A stretch of DNA of 63,162 nucleotides, counting the filler, from Octopus bimaculoides (lineage: Eukaryota), in the NCBI RefSeq assembly GCF_001194135.2. It is 6 parts of 6 records of this genome, joined end to end, with 100 filler letters (N's around TTAATTAATTAA, not from the genome) between each part and the next. Parts side by side here need not be neighbours in the genome. Positions count along the whole stretch, not along the records: positions 24,067 to 29,170 come from NC_069006.1; positions 29,271 to 55,936 come from NC_068984.1; 4 more parts are not named here. One strand, given 5' to 3'. Both the position numbers and the translations under genes were made by a program. Shown here in pieces: positions 24,110 through 36,918 of the stretch (position 1 is the first letter of the stretch; every line of letters starts with the position of its first letter). The notes beneath the pieces are model-generated. The model made no database searches, was not told the origin of the DNA, and saw only the letters and a list, made by a program, of their open reading frames with translations.

Positions 24110-24791
24110 TACATGCATATACACATCACGTGCATACACACACAGAATCACACTACTTCCTTCAGTTCATCCATCTACCTTCTCCATCTCTCCATATACA
24201 CATAAATACTTACATTCATTCATGTATACGTACATGCACACATACATTTATACAGCTATAGAAACATCCATCAATCCCTCCACCCACCCACACATCTATC
24301 CGCACATCCATCCACACATCCATCCATCCATCCATCCATCCATACATACATACATACATACATACATGCTTATATGCATTTACCTCAAAGCGCAATGCAT
24401 ATATGACATCATATCTTTTACGATTTCCATGTTACTGTCCAAGATGCAAAGATTGANNNNNNNNNNNNNNNNNNNNNNNNNNNNNNNNNNNNNNNNNNNN
24501 NNNNNNNNNNNNNNNNNNNNNNNNNNNNNNNNNNNNNNNNNNNNNNNNNNNNNNNNNNNNNNNNNNNNNNNNNNNNNNNNNNNNNNNNNNNNNNNNNNNN
24601 NNNNNNNNNNNNNNNNNNNNNNNNNNNNNNNNNNNNNNNNNNNNNNNNNNNNNNNNNNNNNNNNNNNNNNNNNNNNNNNNNNNNNNNNNNNNNNNNNNNN
24701 NNNNNNNNNNNNNNNNNNNNNNNNNNNNNNNNNNNNNNNNNNNNNNNNNNNNATCTATCTATCTATCTATCTATCTATCTTCAGCAATCTG

Positions 24792-24836
<45 letters not shown>

Positions 24837-24849
24837 ATATATATATATA

Positions 24850-25270
24850 TTCTTTTATTCTTTTATTCTTTTATTCGTTTCAGTCATTTGACTGCGGCCA
24901 TGCTGGAGCATCGCCTTCTGTCGAGCAAATCGACCCCAGGACTTATTCTTTGTAAGCCTAGTACTTATTCTATTAGTCTCCTTTTGCCGAACCGCTAAGT
25001 AACGGGGGACGTAAACACACCAGCATCGGTTGTCAAGCGATGTTGGGGAGGGGGGACAAACACAGACACATAACCTCCACACACACAAACACACACATAT
25101 ATATGTATATATATTACGACGGGCTTCTTTCAGTATTCGTCTACCAAATCCACTCACAAGGCTTTGGTCGGCCCGAGGCTATAGTAGAAGACACCTGTCT
25201 AAGGTTCCACGCAGTGGGACTGAACCGGAACCATGTGGTTGGTAAGCAAGCTACTTACCCCATAGTCACT
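24850..25270 (-). mobile_element. SINE type B, near full length (tRNA-like head, internal microsatellite, tail)
   Basis: Head reverse complement ..GTGGGACTGAACCGGAACCATGTGGTTGGTAAGCAAGCTACTTACC; tail as in other copies. Confidence 0.9.
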
Positions 25271-25335
25271 CTATGTTGATATATCTATCTTTCTCCCTCC
25301 CTATCTCACCATACATACATACATACATATACATA

Positions 25336-25373
<38 letters not shown>

Positions 25374-25824
25374 CACTCACATACACACACATACATACAC
25401 ATATACATACATACACATATACATACATACATACATACATACATACATACATACATACATACATTTATTCATACATAAATATACACACGCACAGACATAC
25501 ATAAACTGTCGCAATTCAAAATTCATCTGAAAAATTATTCATAGATATTACCGCAAGACAAGAGAAAGAAAAGAAGAAAATGGAAAGAAAAAGATGAGAA
25601 AGATGAAGGTGAAGAAGTAGTCACAAACATTTATATATGCCTTCCCTCCACCCGACAACTTACAGCCACCCTATCAAGATAACACATTTCATTACCATAA
25701 AAACACCCACATATATTCCGGGGTATGTATTTGTTGATAACCGCTTATTACAGATACAAAAGTATAACGATGAACAGCGGCTCGTTTTGAAATTTCTCAT
25801 TTAATCACAAATATATCTTATTTA

Positions 25825-26345
25825 TTATCATTTAGCTCAGTTGATGCCGGACAAAATGCTTGATAGTATTTCATCTGTCTTTACGTTCTGAGTTCAAATT
25901 CCGCCAGGGTTGATAAAATAAGTAGCAGTTGAATAGCGTGGTCGATGTAATTAACTTAAAACCAGAAATTGCTGGCCTTCTGCCAAAATTTGAAGCCATT
26001 ACTATTAGCCTGGCTAACGCCGAACAAAATGCTTGCAGCATCTCGTCCGTCTTTATGCTTTGCGTTCAAATTCTACCAAAGCCGACTTTGCTTGTCATCC
26101 TCTCGGGGTCGACGAAATAAGTACCAGTTAAGCACTGGGGGTTGATGTAATCGATTTGCTCCCTCTCCACAAAATTTCGGGCCTTGTGCCTATAATACTG
26201 AGCTGGCAGAATCGTTGTCCCGCCGGATAAAATGCTTAGCGGATTCTTTTCCGGCTCTTCACGTTACAAGTTTAAATACCGTCCTTTCGAGGGTCAATGA
26301 AATAAAGTACCAGCTGAGTACTGATGTAAGTGATTAGCCCTCCAC
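25825..26345 (+). mobile_element. Three head-to-tail SINE type A copies
   Basis: Units at about 25825-26000, 26010-26195 and 26196-26345, each with AAATGCTT..GTTCAAATT..AAATAAGTACCAG. Confidence 0.85.
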
Positions 26346-27053
26346 CCCCCACCCCCNNNNNNNNNNNNNNNNNNNNNNNNNNNNNNNNNNNNNNNNNNNN
26401 NNNNNNNNNNNNNNNNNNNNNNNNNNNNNNNNNNNNNNNNNNNNNNNNNNNNNNNNNNNNNNNNNNNNNNNNNNNNNNNNNNNNNNNNNNNNNNNNNNNN
26501 NNNNNNNNNNNNNNNNNNNNNNNNNNNNNNNNNNNNNNNNNNNNNNNNNNNNNNNNNNNNNNNNNNNNNNNNNNNNNNNNNNNNNNNNNNNNNNNNNNNN
26601 NNNNNNNNNNNNNNNNNNNNNNNNNNNNNNNNNNNNNNNNNNNNNNNNNNNNNNNNNNNNNNNNNNNNNNNNNNNNNNNNNNNNNNNNNNNNNNNNNNNN
26701 NNNNNNNNNNNNNNNNNNNNNNNNNNNNNNNNNNNNNNNNNNNNNNNNNNNNNNNNNNNNNNNNNNNNNNNNNNNNNNNNNNNNNNNNNNNNNNNNNNNN
26801 NNNNNNNNNNNNNNNNNNNNNNNNNNNNNNNNNNNNNNNNNNNNNNNNNNNNNNNNNNNNNNNNNNNNNNNNNNNNNNNNNNNNNNNNNNNNNNNNNNNN
26901 NNNNNNNNNNNNNNNNNNNNNNNNNNNNNNNNNNNNNNNNNNNNNNNNNNNNNNNNNNNNNNNNNNNNNNNNNNNNNNNNNNNNNATATATTAGACAGAA
27001 TGAGATAACAAATCCAAGGCAGTGAGGAGTTTTTAGGACATTTATAATGAAAT

Positions 27054-27103
27054 AGTCTTACAGCTGTTTCTGAGATATTATGGATATCCCTTCATCAGAG
27101 ACT
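27054..27103 (-). ncRNA. Minimal type I hammerhead ribozyme motif (Penelope-like/retrozyme type)
   Basis: Minus strand reads AGTCT-CTGATGA-A-GGGATAT-CCATA-ATATCTC-A-GAAA-CAGCTG-TA-AGACT: full core, 5-bp stem I, 7-bp stem II, palindromic stem III ACAGCTGT, GUA cleavage triplet. Confidence 0.8.
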
Positions 27104-27148
27104 GTGTGAAAAAGTGTTTGAGTTCGAATTATTGTAGAAAAGATGTTT

Positions 27149-27184
<36 letters not shown>

Positions 27185-27592
27185 TAAATAAGTTTCCGCC
27201 AGTATTGGCCCAGGCCATGTCTAACTTAATAGCACCACAAGTATATGTTGGTGTATAAGAGGCACTCTTGCATAAGACTCACGCTATTTTACAAGTATGA
27301 TTTGTGGGGGAAAAAACAACGAAAAGACCCATCAAATTTAGTAATGTTTCACCATGCACTTATTGAAAGATTGAAACTGTTTAAAAGCGGTTTTGTAGAG
27401 GAAATGTATAGCAGTGCATCTAAAACAATAATGTGACAGTATACTAAAATAAAGTATGAAATCATAAATCTATGATACATAAACGTCGTTGTGGGAGGTC
27501 TGTGTCTCAGTTTTCATCTTCTTTCAAATCAACTGTAGCTATAATATTTAGAATAACATTACCGAATGTGCCAGTTTTAAGGCTCTAGAGAT

Positions 27593-28526
27593 GGGGCGTG
27601 GCTTAGTGATTAGGATATTCGGCTCACAGTGGAGGCTCAATGGCCCAGTGGTTAGGGCAGCGGACTCACGGTCATAGGATCGCGGTTTCGATTCCCAGAC
27701 CGGGCGTTGTGAGTGTTTATTGAGCGAAAACACCTAAAGCTCCACGAGGCTCCGGCAGGGGCTAGTGGCGAACTCTGCTGTGCTCTTCCACCACAACTTT
27801 CTCTCACTCTTNNNNNNNNNNNNNNNNNNNNNNNNNNNNNNNNNNNNNNNNNNNNNNNNNNNNNNNNNNNNNNNNNNNNNNNNNNNNNNNNNNNNNNNNN
27901 NNNNNNNNNNNNNNNNNNNNNNNNNNNNNNNNNNNNNNNNNNNNNNNNNNNNNNNNNNNNNNNNNNNNNNNNNNNNNNNNNNNNNNNNNNNNNNNNNNNN
28001 NNNNNNNNNNNNNNNNNNNNNNNNNNNNNNNNNNNNNNNNNNNNNNNNNNNNNNNNNNNNNNNNNNNNNNNNNNNNNNNNNNNNNNNNNNNNNNNNNNNN
28101 NNNNNNNNNNGGGTACACGTGTCTGTGGAGTGCTCAGCCACTTGCACGTTAATTTCACGAGCAGGCTGTTCCGTTGATCGGATCAACTGGAACCCTCGTC
28201 GTCGCAAGCGACGGAGTGCCAACAACAACAATTCGGCTCACGATCGTAAGGTCATGAATTCGCTTCCCGGTAGCGCGAAGTGACCTTGAGCAAGGCACTT
28301 TATTTCACGTATATCCAGTCCACTTAGCTGGCAAAAACGAGTTGTGCCTGTAATTCAAAGGGAGCCGGCCTTGTTACATTCTGTGTCACGATGAGTCTCC
28401 CTGAGAACTACGATAAGGGTACGTGTCTGTGGAGTGCTCAGCCCACATGCACGTTAATTTGACGAGCAGGATGTTTTGTTGATCGGATCAACTGGAACCC
28501 TCGTCGTCGTAACCGACGGAGTGCCA
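27593..28526 (+). mobile_element. SINE type D interrupted by a nested SINE type C
   Basis: Head GGGGCGTGGCTTAGTGATTAGGATATTCGGCTCAC resumes at 28231 as ATTCGGCTCACGATCGTAAGGTC; tail ends GACGGAGTGCCA. Confidence 0.9.
27631..28230 (+). mobile_element. SINE type C nested in type D (middle lies in an N gap)
   Basis: GGAGGCTCAATGGCCCAGTGGTTAGGGCAGCGGACTC head; tail GACGGAGTGCC(AAC)n; 11-bp TSD ATTCGGCTCAC at 27617-27627 and 28231-28241. Confidence 0.9.
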
Positions 28527-29589
28527 AAACTGTAGAATGTTTACTAGGGAGGCGAGTGTATTCTCCACAGGTAAAGGTAGAGATGAACAAAAAAATACGT
28601 GACGGTGGAAGCTATGCTGTTGTGAGTCGTGAGTTTGATGCCAATAAACCAACGAGGAGTTCCCATACGGAGATACCTGATCCTAACAATCGACACAGAC
28701 AAGTATATTGTTTATAGCAAAAAGATAGAGATGATCGACAAAGTGCATGACGGTAGAAGCTTTGCTGCAGCGGGCCATGAGTTTGGTGTCGATGAATCTC
28801 CCATTTGGTTCCATTTACAGAGTGAGTGGACATGATTTATTTATCATTGATTCAGTTATCACGGATTCGTTTATCACTGTTTTTCCTTTTAAATCAGGCA
28901 TCCGTGATAAACGAGGATAGATGTACTTGATTGGTACCTTTAACTTTTTGCCGAGACATCGGAAAGGTGAAAGTTAACTTCAGCAGGATTTGAACACAGA
29001 GCGTAAAGGGCCATAGTTAAATGACCTCCGTATTTAGGCATTTAGAGACTGCCGGCGGTGGTGGTCGTGTCCACGACAGGGGTGGTATTGTGCTAATTCT
29101 GTGAGTCCGTCTGCGCCACCACCGCCGCCGCCTTTAGATAGCGTTATAAATATTAAATGGCGTCGAACACNNNNNNNNNNNNNNNNNNNNNNNNNNNNNN
29201 NNNNNNNNNNNNNNTTAATTAATTAANNNNNNNNNNNNNNNNNNNNNNNNNNNNNNNNNNNNNNNNNNNNGTGTATACATATGTATATATATATATACTA
29301 TATATATATACATATATTATGTGTATGTATGTATATAATACACATATTTATATGCATATATATATATACATACAAACATACATACATACATGCATGCATG
29401 CATACATATATGCATACATACATACATACATACATACATACATGCATGCATGCATGCATACATACATACACACATACATACATACATACATACATACATA
29501 CATGTAAAGCTTGCAATGGAGTACCGATAAATTTTTGACATTAAAGCTTCGAATGCTACGAACAGGCAATTCAAAAACAGGACAAACCT

Positions 29590-30130
29590 ACCAAGTATCT
29601 ACAGCATAAAAGCCAGAAAATGCTGAGAGAAAAAGTTAGTAATCTGTTCAAGACCAAGACCGAAGACATCAATTATAAGACTGCCAACCGTGAGAGAATG
29701 TCTTCCAGATATAATATTCTCATGAGGCATGATGAGGTGGCCAGAGCAGCGTGGAAATGTCCACCATATTGAAATCGACGTGTCAAGAGGATATTGGTGG
29801 AATTTATAAATTAAAACGGCCATCAATTTAAAACAATTGACCAGATACTGTGTGGGACAAGAAGGAAAAGATATGTTCTGTTGTGGAAATCAGCTGCCCT
29901 CTGGAGAGCAGTGTGGTTAGAAAAAATACAAGAGAAAGGGGACATCTATGGACCATTTGCAGATCCAGTGTCCGTGATACACTTTCAGCTTCAAACATAT
30001 TATTATTGCAGCAACAAGATACGTAAAATAATATCTGGAGCAAAGTATGGTTGCACTTGGTATCATGGGGAGAGAATGAAAATCCTTAATTTATACACTA
30101 CAAGTGATCACATTTTGGACAATATAAATC
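29590..30130 (+). mobile_element. Decayed RLE-type (R2/R4-like) LINE 3' fragment
   Basis: RHDEVARA..WWNL.IKTAI..PDTVWDKKEKICSVVEISCPLESSVV..EKIQEKGDIYGP. Confidence 0.75.
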
Positions 30131-30217
30131 TGTAAGAACTCAAGATCTAAACGATAAACAAAACAAGATGTTTTCCTTCACCAAATTGCCTCTCAAAATT
30201 TATTCTAAATTAGAAAA

Positions 30218-30265
<48 letters not shown>

Positions 30266-30339
30266 NNNNNNNNNNNNNNNNNNNNNNNNNNNNNNNNNNN
30301 NNNNNNNNNNNNNNNNACATATATATATATATAGGGGGA

Positions 30340-30470
30340 TAATTCATAAAAAACAAAAGACGAAGACAGGTGGTGTAGAAAACAATCAGATGTATTAGTA
30401 TAACGCTCAGGAATTGAAAAATCTTTAACGTTTGGAGCCTACGCTCTTCCACAGAAAGGAACACGGAAAG
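30340..30470 (-). mobile_element. Penelope-like terminal-repeat fragment containing a non-canonical hammerhead motif
   Basis: Same repeat as 48190-48340 and 54490-54650; minus strand CTTT-CTGTGGA-A-GAGC-GTAG-GCTC-CAAACGTT-AAAG at 30423-30458. Confidence 0.6.
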
Positions 30471-31278
30471 AAACAAGGAGAGAAACAAGGAGAGAAACAG
30501 AAATGTGAGATGAGCGAGAGAGATGTGTTCATGCATTATCTTTACAATTTGGAATGTAGACATGTGGACGTTGATAATTTATAGAGACCCTGTATCCATT
30601 ATTGATATGCTAGCAGTGTTTAATTTTCATACTTAAATTACTCTGAGGATTACTCAAAGATTTTAGTCATCAATTCTTTCGTGATTTAATCAAAAATATT
30701 AATTAACTTTATGAGATATTTGAACCAATCGTAAAAATCAGTCATTTATTACACGAGATAAACGTACACAATGAGTGAAGCATTGATAGGACTGAGTAAA
30801 TTTTAGTTTATAACCCTTCCTCAGCCGTGACGAAGGGTAGCATACAAGAAACGGCAACGTCCAGTCCATCTTTCTTTTACAGTCGACGAGGGTTGTATAA
30901 TAAACATGACTAGCCTTTAAGATTCTCTCATTTATCTTGTATATTTAATTAACTTAAATTATGAAACCAGTGGCGGCGAACACATATGGGCTTACTACAT
31001 AGAAATATTTATTATATGCGTGTTCGTGTGTGTGTGTGTGTGTGTTTTCTCTAATCTTTCTTTTACGTTCCACGCTATCTTATCGGCGATAACTAAATAA
31101 ACTAATCTGCGTGTTTCATTTTATTGTCCATAAAATTCTTTCATCAATTCAGTTCTATGGAGAAAAGCCAAAATCATTTGTACAGGTTATCATTGAAGGT
31201 TGTCCATTTCTTACAATGACCAAGACCGTTGTTCCGCACCCGTTAAATAATTCAATAACAAAATAAATAAAAGGAAAT

Positions 31279-31312
<34 letters not shown>

Positions 31313-31502
31313 GAGACATTGTCGGGAAATCACCTTCCAGGAACTCGCTACGTCAAGAAGATTAACTCGAGGATCATCAAAATTAAATACAGCCATTGCT
31401 TGTCCAATCCAAACATTAATCCTGAGCAAACAGTGGAAAGACTATAAAATTCCCAGCGGAACATACGAATGGAATTGTCATTGATGACATGAAGAACAGA
31501 GA

Positions 31503-31700
31503 ATGGTTAAAGGCAATGGAGAGAAAATCAAATCAAACGAAATACGAAAAGCTTTTATGCATTTGTTAAGAAATAGAAGAACAATCAATGTTATCGCAAA
31601 TCTCAATTTCGGCAAGTTATTTGACACCATAAAACGTACACTGCTTGGAAAACATTCTTCGATGTTTGAAACAGTGAAGATCTATACAGATTGCATATCG
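31503..31700 (+). mobile_element. Highly decayed LINE RT fragment
   Basis: IANLNFGKLFDTIKRTLL resembles the RT motif (FIDF.KAFD.I.R..L). Confidence 0.45.
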
Positions 31701-32242
31701 TGTTTCGTAATCATTAAAAGAAGACAGTATGTCGGCAGAAACGCAGTTCCAAGGATATTTGGAACGGTTGCCTCATACAAAAACCAGTATAAGTTTTTTT
31801 TTTGAATCTTTTGTCTTTTAACCGCTACTGATTTCAGCTGGAAGCGGAGTCCATGCTGGAGCACAGCGTTTCAGAGTGTTTGAGTTTNNNNNNNNNNNNN
31901 NNNNNNNNNNNNNNNNNNNNNNNNNNNNNNNNNNNNNNNNNNNNNNNNNNNNNNNNNNNNNNNNNNNNNNNNNNNNNNNNNNNNNNNNNNNNNNNNNNNN
32001 NNNNNNNNNNNNNNNNNNNNNNNNNNNNNNNNNNNNNNNNNNNNNNNNNNNNNNNNNNNNNNNNNNNNNNNNNNNNNNNNNNNNNNNNNNNNNNNNNNNN
32101 NNNNNNNNNNNNNNNNNNNNNNNNNNNNNNNNNNNNNNNNNNNNNNNNNNNNNNNNNNNNNNNNNNNNNNNNNNNNNNNNNNNNNNNNNNNNNNNNNNNN
32201 NNNNNNNNNNNNNNNNNNNNNNNNNNNNNNNNNNNNNNNNNN

Positions 32243-32325
<83 letters not shown>

Positions 32326-32339
32326 TTGTGTGTTTGTGT

Positions 32340-32540
32340 TTGTCCCCCCAATATTGCTTGACAACGGATGCTGGTGTGTTTATGTCCCCGTAACCTAGCG
32401 GTTCGGCAAAAGAGACCGATAGAATAAGTACTAGGCTTCTAAAGAGTAAGTCCAGGGGTCGATTTGCTTGACTAAAGGTGGTGCTCCAGCATGGCCCCAG
32501 TCAAATGACTGAAACAAGTAAAAGAGTAAAAGAGAGAGAG
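32340..32540 (+). mobile_element. SINE type B 3' half
   Basis: GCTTGACAACGGATGCTGGTGTGTTT...GTCAAATGACTGAAACAAGTAAAAGAGTAAAAGAG. Confidence 0.9.
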
Positions 32541-34079
32541 AGTAAAGAGTAAGCATTGTCTAAAATAATACTTTTGTGAGCTGTAACAGTATAACCAATT
32601 TATTGCAGATAAACCTTAACAAAACAAAATCTTATATGGAACCCCAAAGGTGATATGGACCCCGGTTGAATACCACTGGTCTAGCATTAAGACCGGTCAA
32701 ATTTAAGGTGAAAACTCTACCCAAACTGCATAGCTTTTGTTTGTTTTATCGAGCACAAGGTGGGCCTTCATCAGTTGTATTAAACTGACCGGACAAAAAG
32801 TCAGGTAGTATTTGTTTCCTTAATTCCCAAACTGTCACTGAGACCAAGTGAACGGTGCTCTCTTTCACTATATGGATTTACTCTGACACCTGGTCACTTA
32901 CTGTAAATCCCAACATTGTCTTGGACATGAAATTGTATGCCCCACATGAAACGCCTACATGCTTGTCAATAGCAATGATCGTCGAACCCGTCAGGTTTGA
33001 AACGTTCGTGTCTCCACACAGTTACTAGATAATTGTTAGCACTACGTTAGGTTTATCCTTAGTTCTTTGGAACAAATGTTGTTTCTAACCTGCTGGGCTT
33101 TCTACTGCCCTCCTGGTAAGGCTAACCTAGTGAACTGCAGATTTAGTCACCGGTGTTCCAAACAGGCCTCAGGTTGTAATTTTTTGTCTTGTGCATGCCT
33201 ACAACACACACACACACACACGTTTTCTCAAAAAGTAATTGATAATTAAAAAAACACTAATATTTTCAGTGTATTTTTAAACTTTATATATGCGTATAAT
33301 ATTTTTCCCATATAAGGCGGCGAGCTGGCAGAAATGTTAGCACGCCGGGCGAAATGCTTGGCGGNNNNNNNNNNNNNNNNNNNNNNNNNNNNNNNNNNNN
33401 NNNNNNNNNNNNNNNNNNNNNNNNNNNNNNNNNNNNNNNNNNNNNNNNNNNNNNNNNNNNNNNNNNNNNNNNNNNNNNNNNNNNNNNNNNNNNNNNNNNN
33501 NNNNNNNNNNNNNNNNNNNNNNNNNNNNNNNNNNNNNNNNNNNNNNNNNNNNNNNNNNNNNNNNNNNNNNNNNNNNNNNNNNNNNNNNNNNNNNNNNNNN
33601 NNNNNNNNNNNNNNNNNNNNNNNNNNNNNNNNNNNNNNNNNNNNNNNNNNNNNNNNNNNNNNNNNNNNNNNNNNNNNNNNNNNNNNNNNNNNNNNNNNNN
33701 NNNNNNNNNNNNNNNNNNNNNNNNNNNNNNNNNNNNNNNNNNNNNNNNNNNNNNNNNNNNNNNNNNNNNNNNNNNNNNNNNNNNNNNNNNNNNNNNNNNN
33801 NNNNNNNNNNNNNNNNNNNNNNNNNNNNNNNNNNNNNNNNNNNNNNNNNNNNNNNNNNNNNNNNNNNNNNNNNNNNNNNNNNNNNNNNNNNNNNTGTGGA
33901 TTAACAACTCACTCCTACTGTTTAATAATTCCGCTTCCCAAACCACACACACACACACACACTGTAACGATATTGCAAACGTCACCTTCTCTCCACTGAC
34001 TGCAATTATCGTCATCAGAGCAGCAAAAGTCGATGCTGTAATGCGCTTAGTTCAAACCTCAGTCTCTATTATCGATTTT

Positions 34080-34111
<32 letters not shown>

Positions 34112-34957
34112 TTCACTCACACAATATCTATCTGTCTATCTATCTATCTATTTAACTGTATGTCAGAATATGTCAATATATATTTATGCATGTGAGACTG
34201 CGTGTATGTGTGTGTAAGGATGTATGTATGTATGTCTCTCTCTCTCTCTCTCTCTCTTTATCTACCTGTATATATATATATGTGTGTGTGTGTGTGTATT
34301 ATGTATGTATGTATCTCTCTTTATCTCCCTGTATATATATATGTGTGTGTGTGTGTGTGTATTATGTATGTATGTATGTATGTATTTCTATAAACATATA
34401 AACGTATTGGGGCCGAGGTGTTCAACTAAAACCCTTTGAACCGTTGCTCCATCATGGCTGTAGTCCAGTAACTGAAACAAGTAAAAGATAAAATATATAT
34501 ATATATATATATAGATAGATAGATAGATAGATAGATAAAACTTACTTCGAAAAGGATGCGTGGTGTTCCATCATGTAATAATATAAATAATATATTAATA
34601 TATGTACATGTGTGTGCGTGTTACAAAATTTTAAGAGCGACCACACCTTTAAGATTCAGGTAGATTTTCCATTCCCAAAACCAATTCCAATATTCTTTCA
34701 TTTCCTCATACATACATATATACATACATACAAACATGCATGCATATATGTATACATACGTACATACACACGCACATGCGCCCGCACTACCTGTCTGTCG
34801 CGGCCGTTTTTACCTTGGCTGTACCCAGGTAAATATACAGCAACCTGACCTGGTCTCCGTCCATTCAATTATTGACCAGGTAGCTCAGTGTGTGTGTGTG
34901 TGTGTGTGTGCGTGTGTGTGTGTGTGTGTGAGTGTGTGTGTGTGTGTNNNNNNNNNN

Positions 34958-35028
<71 letters not shown>

Positions 35029-35852
35029 GCTTTGTTATTGAAACTGTTATTGACCAGCTGTTATTGATAATGTTATTGACCAGTTGTATGATCTGATGTG
35101 TTCCAGCCTTGACCACCACATCGCACTTGTGTTATGCCTTAAAATACGTTGTCCAGAGAGGCCTTCTTTTTTTTTTATTTTAAGACAATATGATGTAAGT
35201 TTAGGGATATTGGCTGCTATCTCAAGCAATTTTGAATTACCATCGCACAGTCATTTCTATATATTTCTGTTACTGAGTTTATGGAGAAGTGCGTGTACGT
35301 ACAAGTGTATGGTGTATGCGTGTATATGTGTATGTGAGTGCGTAAGAGAGGGAGACAGGTAGAGAGAAAGACAGAGAAAAAGAGAAAGAGAGAGAGAAAA
35401 AGACTGTTTACGCTGTTTGTGTATTCTGCGTGTTCATGTCTTTGTGAGTCTGTGTTGTATGTTTATATGTATATCGCTTGTGTATTTATGTGCGTTTGTC
35501 TATGTGAATATGAGTGAATGTGTATATGCGATTGTGTGTGTGTTCGTGTGTGAGAGAAATTATCCGTAATTATACGACTGTGTATTATATGTGTGTGTAT
35601 CATACAGAACCGAAGAAGAAGTAGAAGCGGTGAGAGTCAAGGTGTGTTAAAATCTTTCACAGCGTACGCACCAGCGTACGCACCAGCGTGTATATGTATG
35701 TGTATGAAAGTGAAAGTAGAAATAGAAGAGGTTGAGGGAAAAGGGGAGAGAATACAGATGTGCTAATGTGTGTCATTGTGTGTGTATGTGCGAGAGAAAG
35801 CAGGGAAAAATTAGGCCAAGTAAGCGTATGTGCAGGAATGCATGTGTATGCA

Positions 35853-35888
<36 letters not shown>

Positions 35889-36439
35889 CGCGCGCGTGTG
35901 TGTGTGTGTTGCTGAATGTCTGTCGTTTTCTATGGCATGTCAGCAGGCATGTCAGTGGCTCTGTTTACAAGTGTTGCTGTATCGTATGCGCATGTGTACT
36001 CGTGTGTGCCTCTGTGTGCTTGTGCATGCGATGTGAGTGCGTATGCGCGTGTGTGATAGTGCGTTCGGGATTTGTGTGTACGTGTGTGTGTTTGCGTGTC
36101 TGCATGTGTGTGTGTGCGTGAGCTGTGTGATCGACATCTATGCATCCGCACGTTGTGCGAATCTACGCATAACAACATGCAAATGAGCGTGTGTACGCAT
36201 AGGTGCATGTGTGTGTGTATTTGTGCACACGTGCGAGTGTTCGCGTATGTGTAGGGGGCGTGTTTGTGTGTGTGTATGTGTGTGCGTGTGTTTGTATGTG
36301 CCAGTGTGTGAGCGTATGTTGTCGCTTGATCCCTAAAGTGCTGTGACGGCGAATGTATGAGAATGTTTAGGGAACAGGTACGAGCGTAAGGAACTCGTCG
36401 TTACGTGCGGCTTCACACACAAATACAAATATGAATCTT

Positions 36440-36640
36440 TTATCCTTTACTTGTTAATGTCATTAGACCGCGGCCATGCTGGAGCACCACTTTGAAGAGT
36501 TTTAGTGAAACAAATCGAGCCCTCTACTTATTTTTAGAAAACCTGTTACTTATCGTATCGGATTATTTTGCGGGGACGTAAACAAACTAACACCAGTTAT
36601 CAAGCGCTGCTTAGGGACAAACAAAGATACACACAACATG
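36440..36640 (-). mobile_element. SINE type B 3' half (decayed)
   Basis: TTTACTTGTT..GACCGCGGCCATGCTGGAGCACCAC..ACACCAGTTATCAAGCG. Confidence 0.8.
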
Positions 36641-36875
36641 CATTCACATGCTCGCATACATATACTGTTAGACACGCATACACAAACACGCATACATTCA
36701 CACGCACCCGCAAGCATTTATAAATATGCATATTGTTATGCGCATACATACATGTGTGTGTATATGTGCATGTGTTATATCGTCAGTGACGACATATTGT
36801 GTGTGTGTGTGTGTGCGTGCGTGCGTGTGTGTGTGTGCGTGTGTGTGTGTGTGTGTGNNNNNNNNNNTGTGTGTG

Positions 36876-36918
<43 letters not shown>

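Noticed and set aside
27631-27700. tRNA-like sequences with A and B boxes (also 38160, 39075, 48484, 52975 and others)
   Set aside because: They continue into SINE bodies and lack a proper acceptor stem and cloverleaf; SINE heads, not tRNA genes
32902-33024. Minus-strand segment with a strong ACA|GTAAGT donor
   Set aside because: All three frames contain a stop from the nearest acceptor and no homology was recognised
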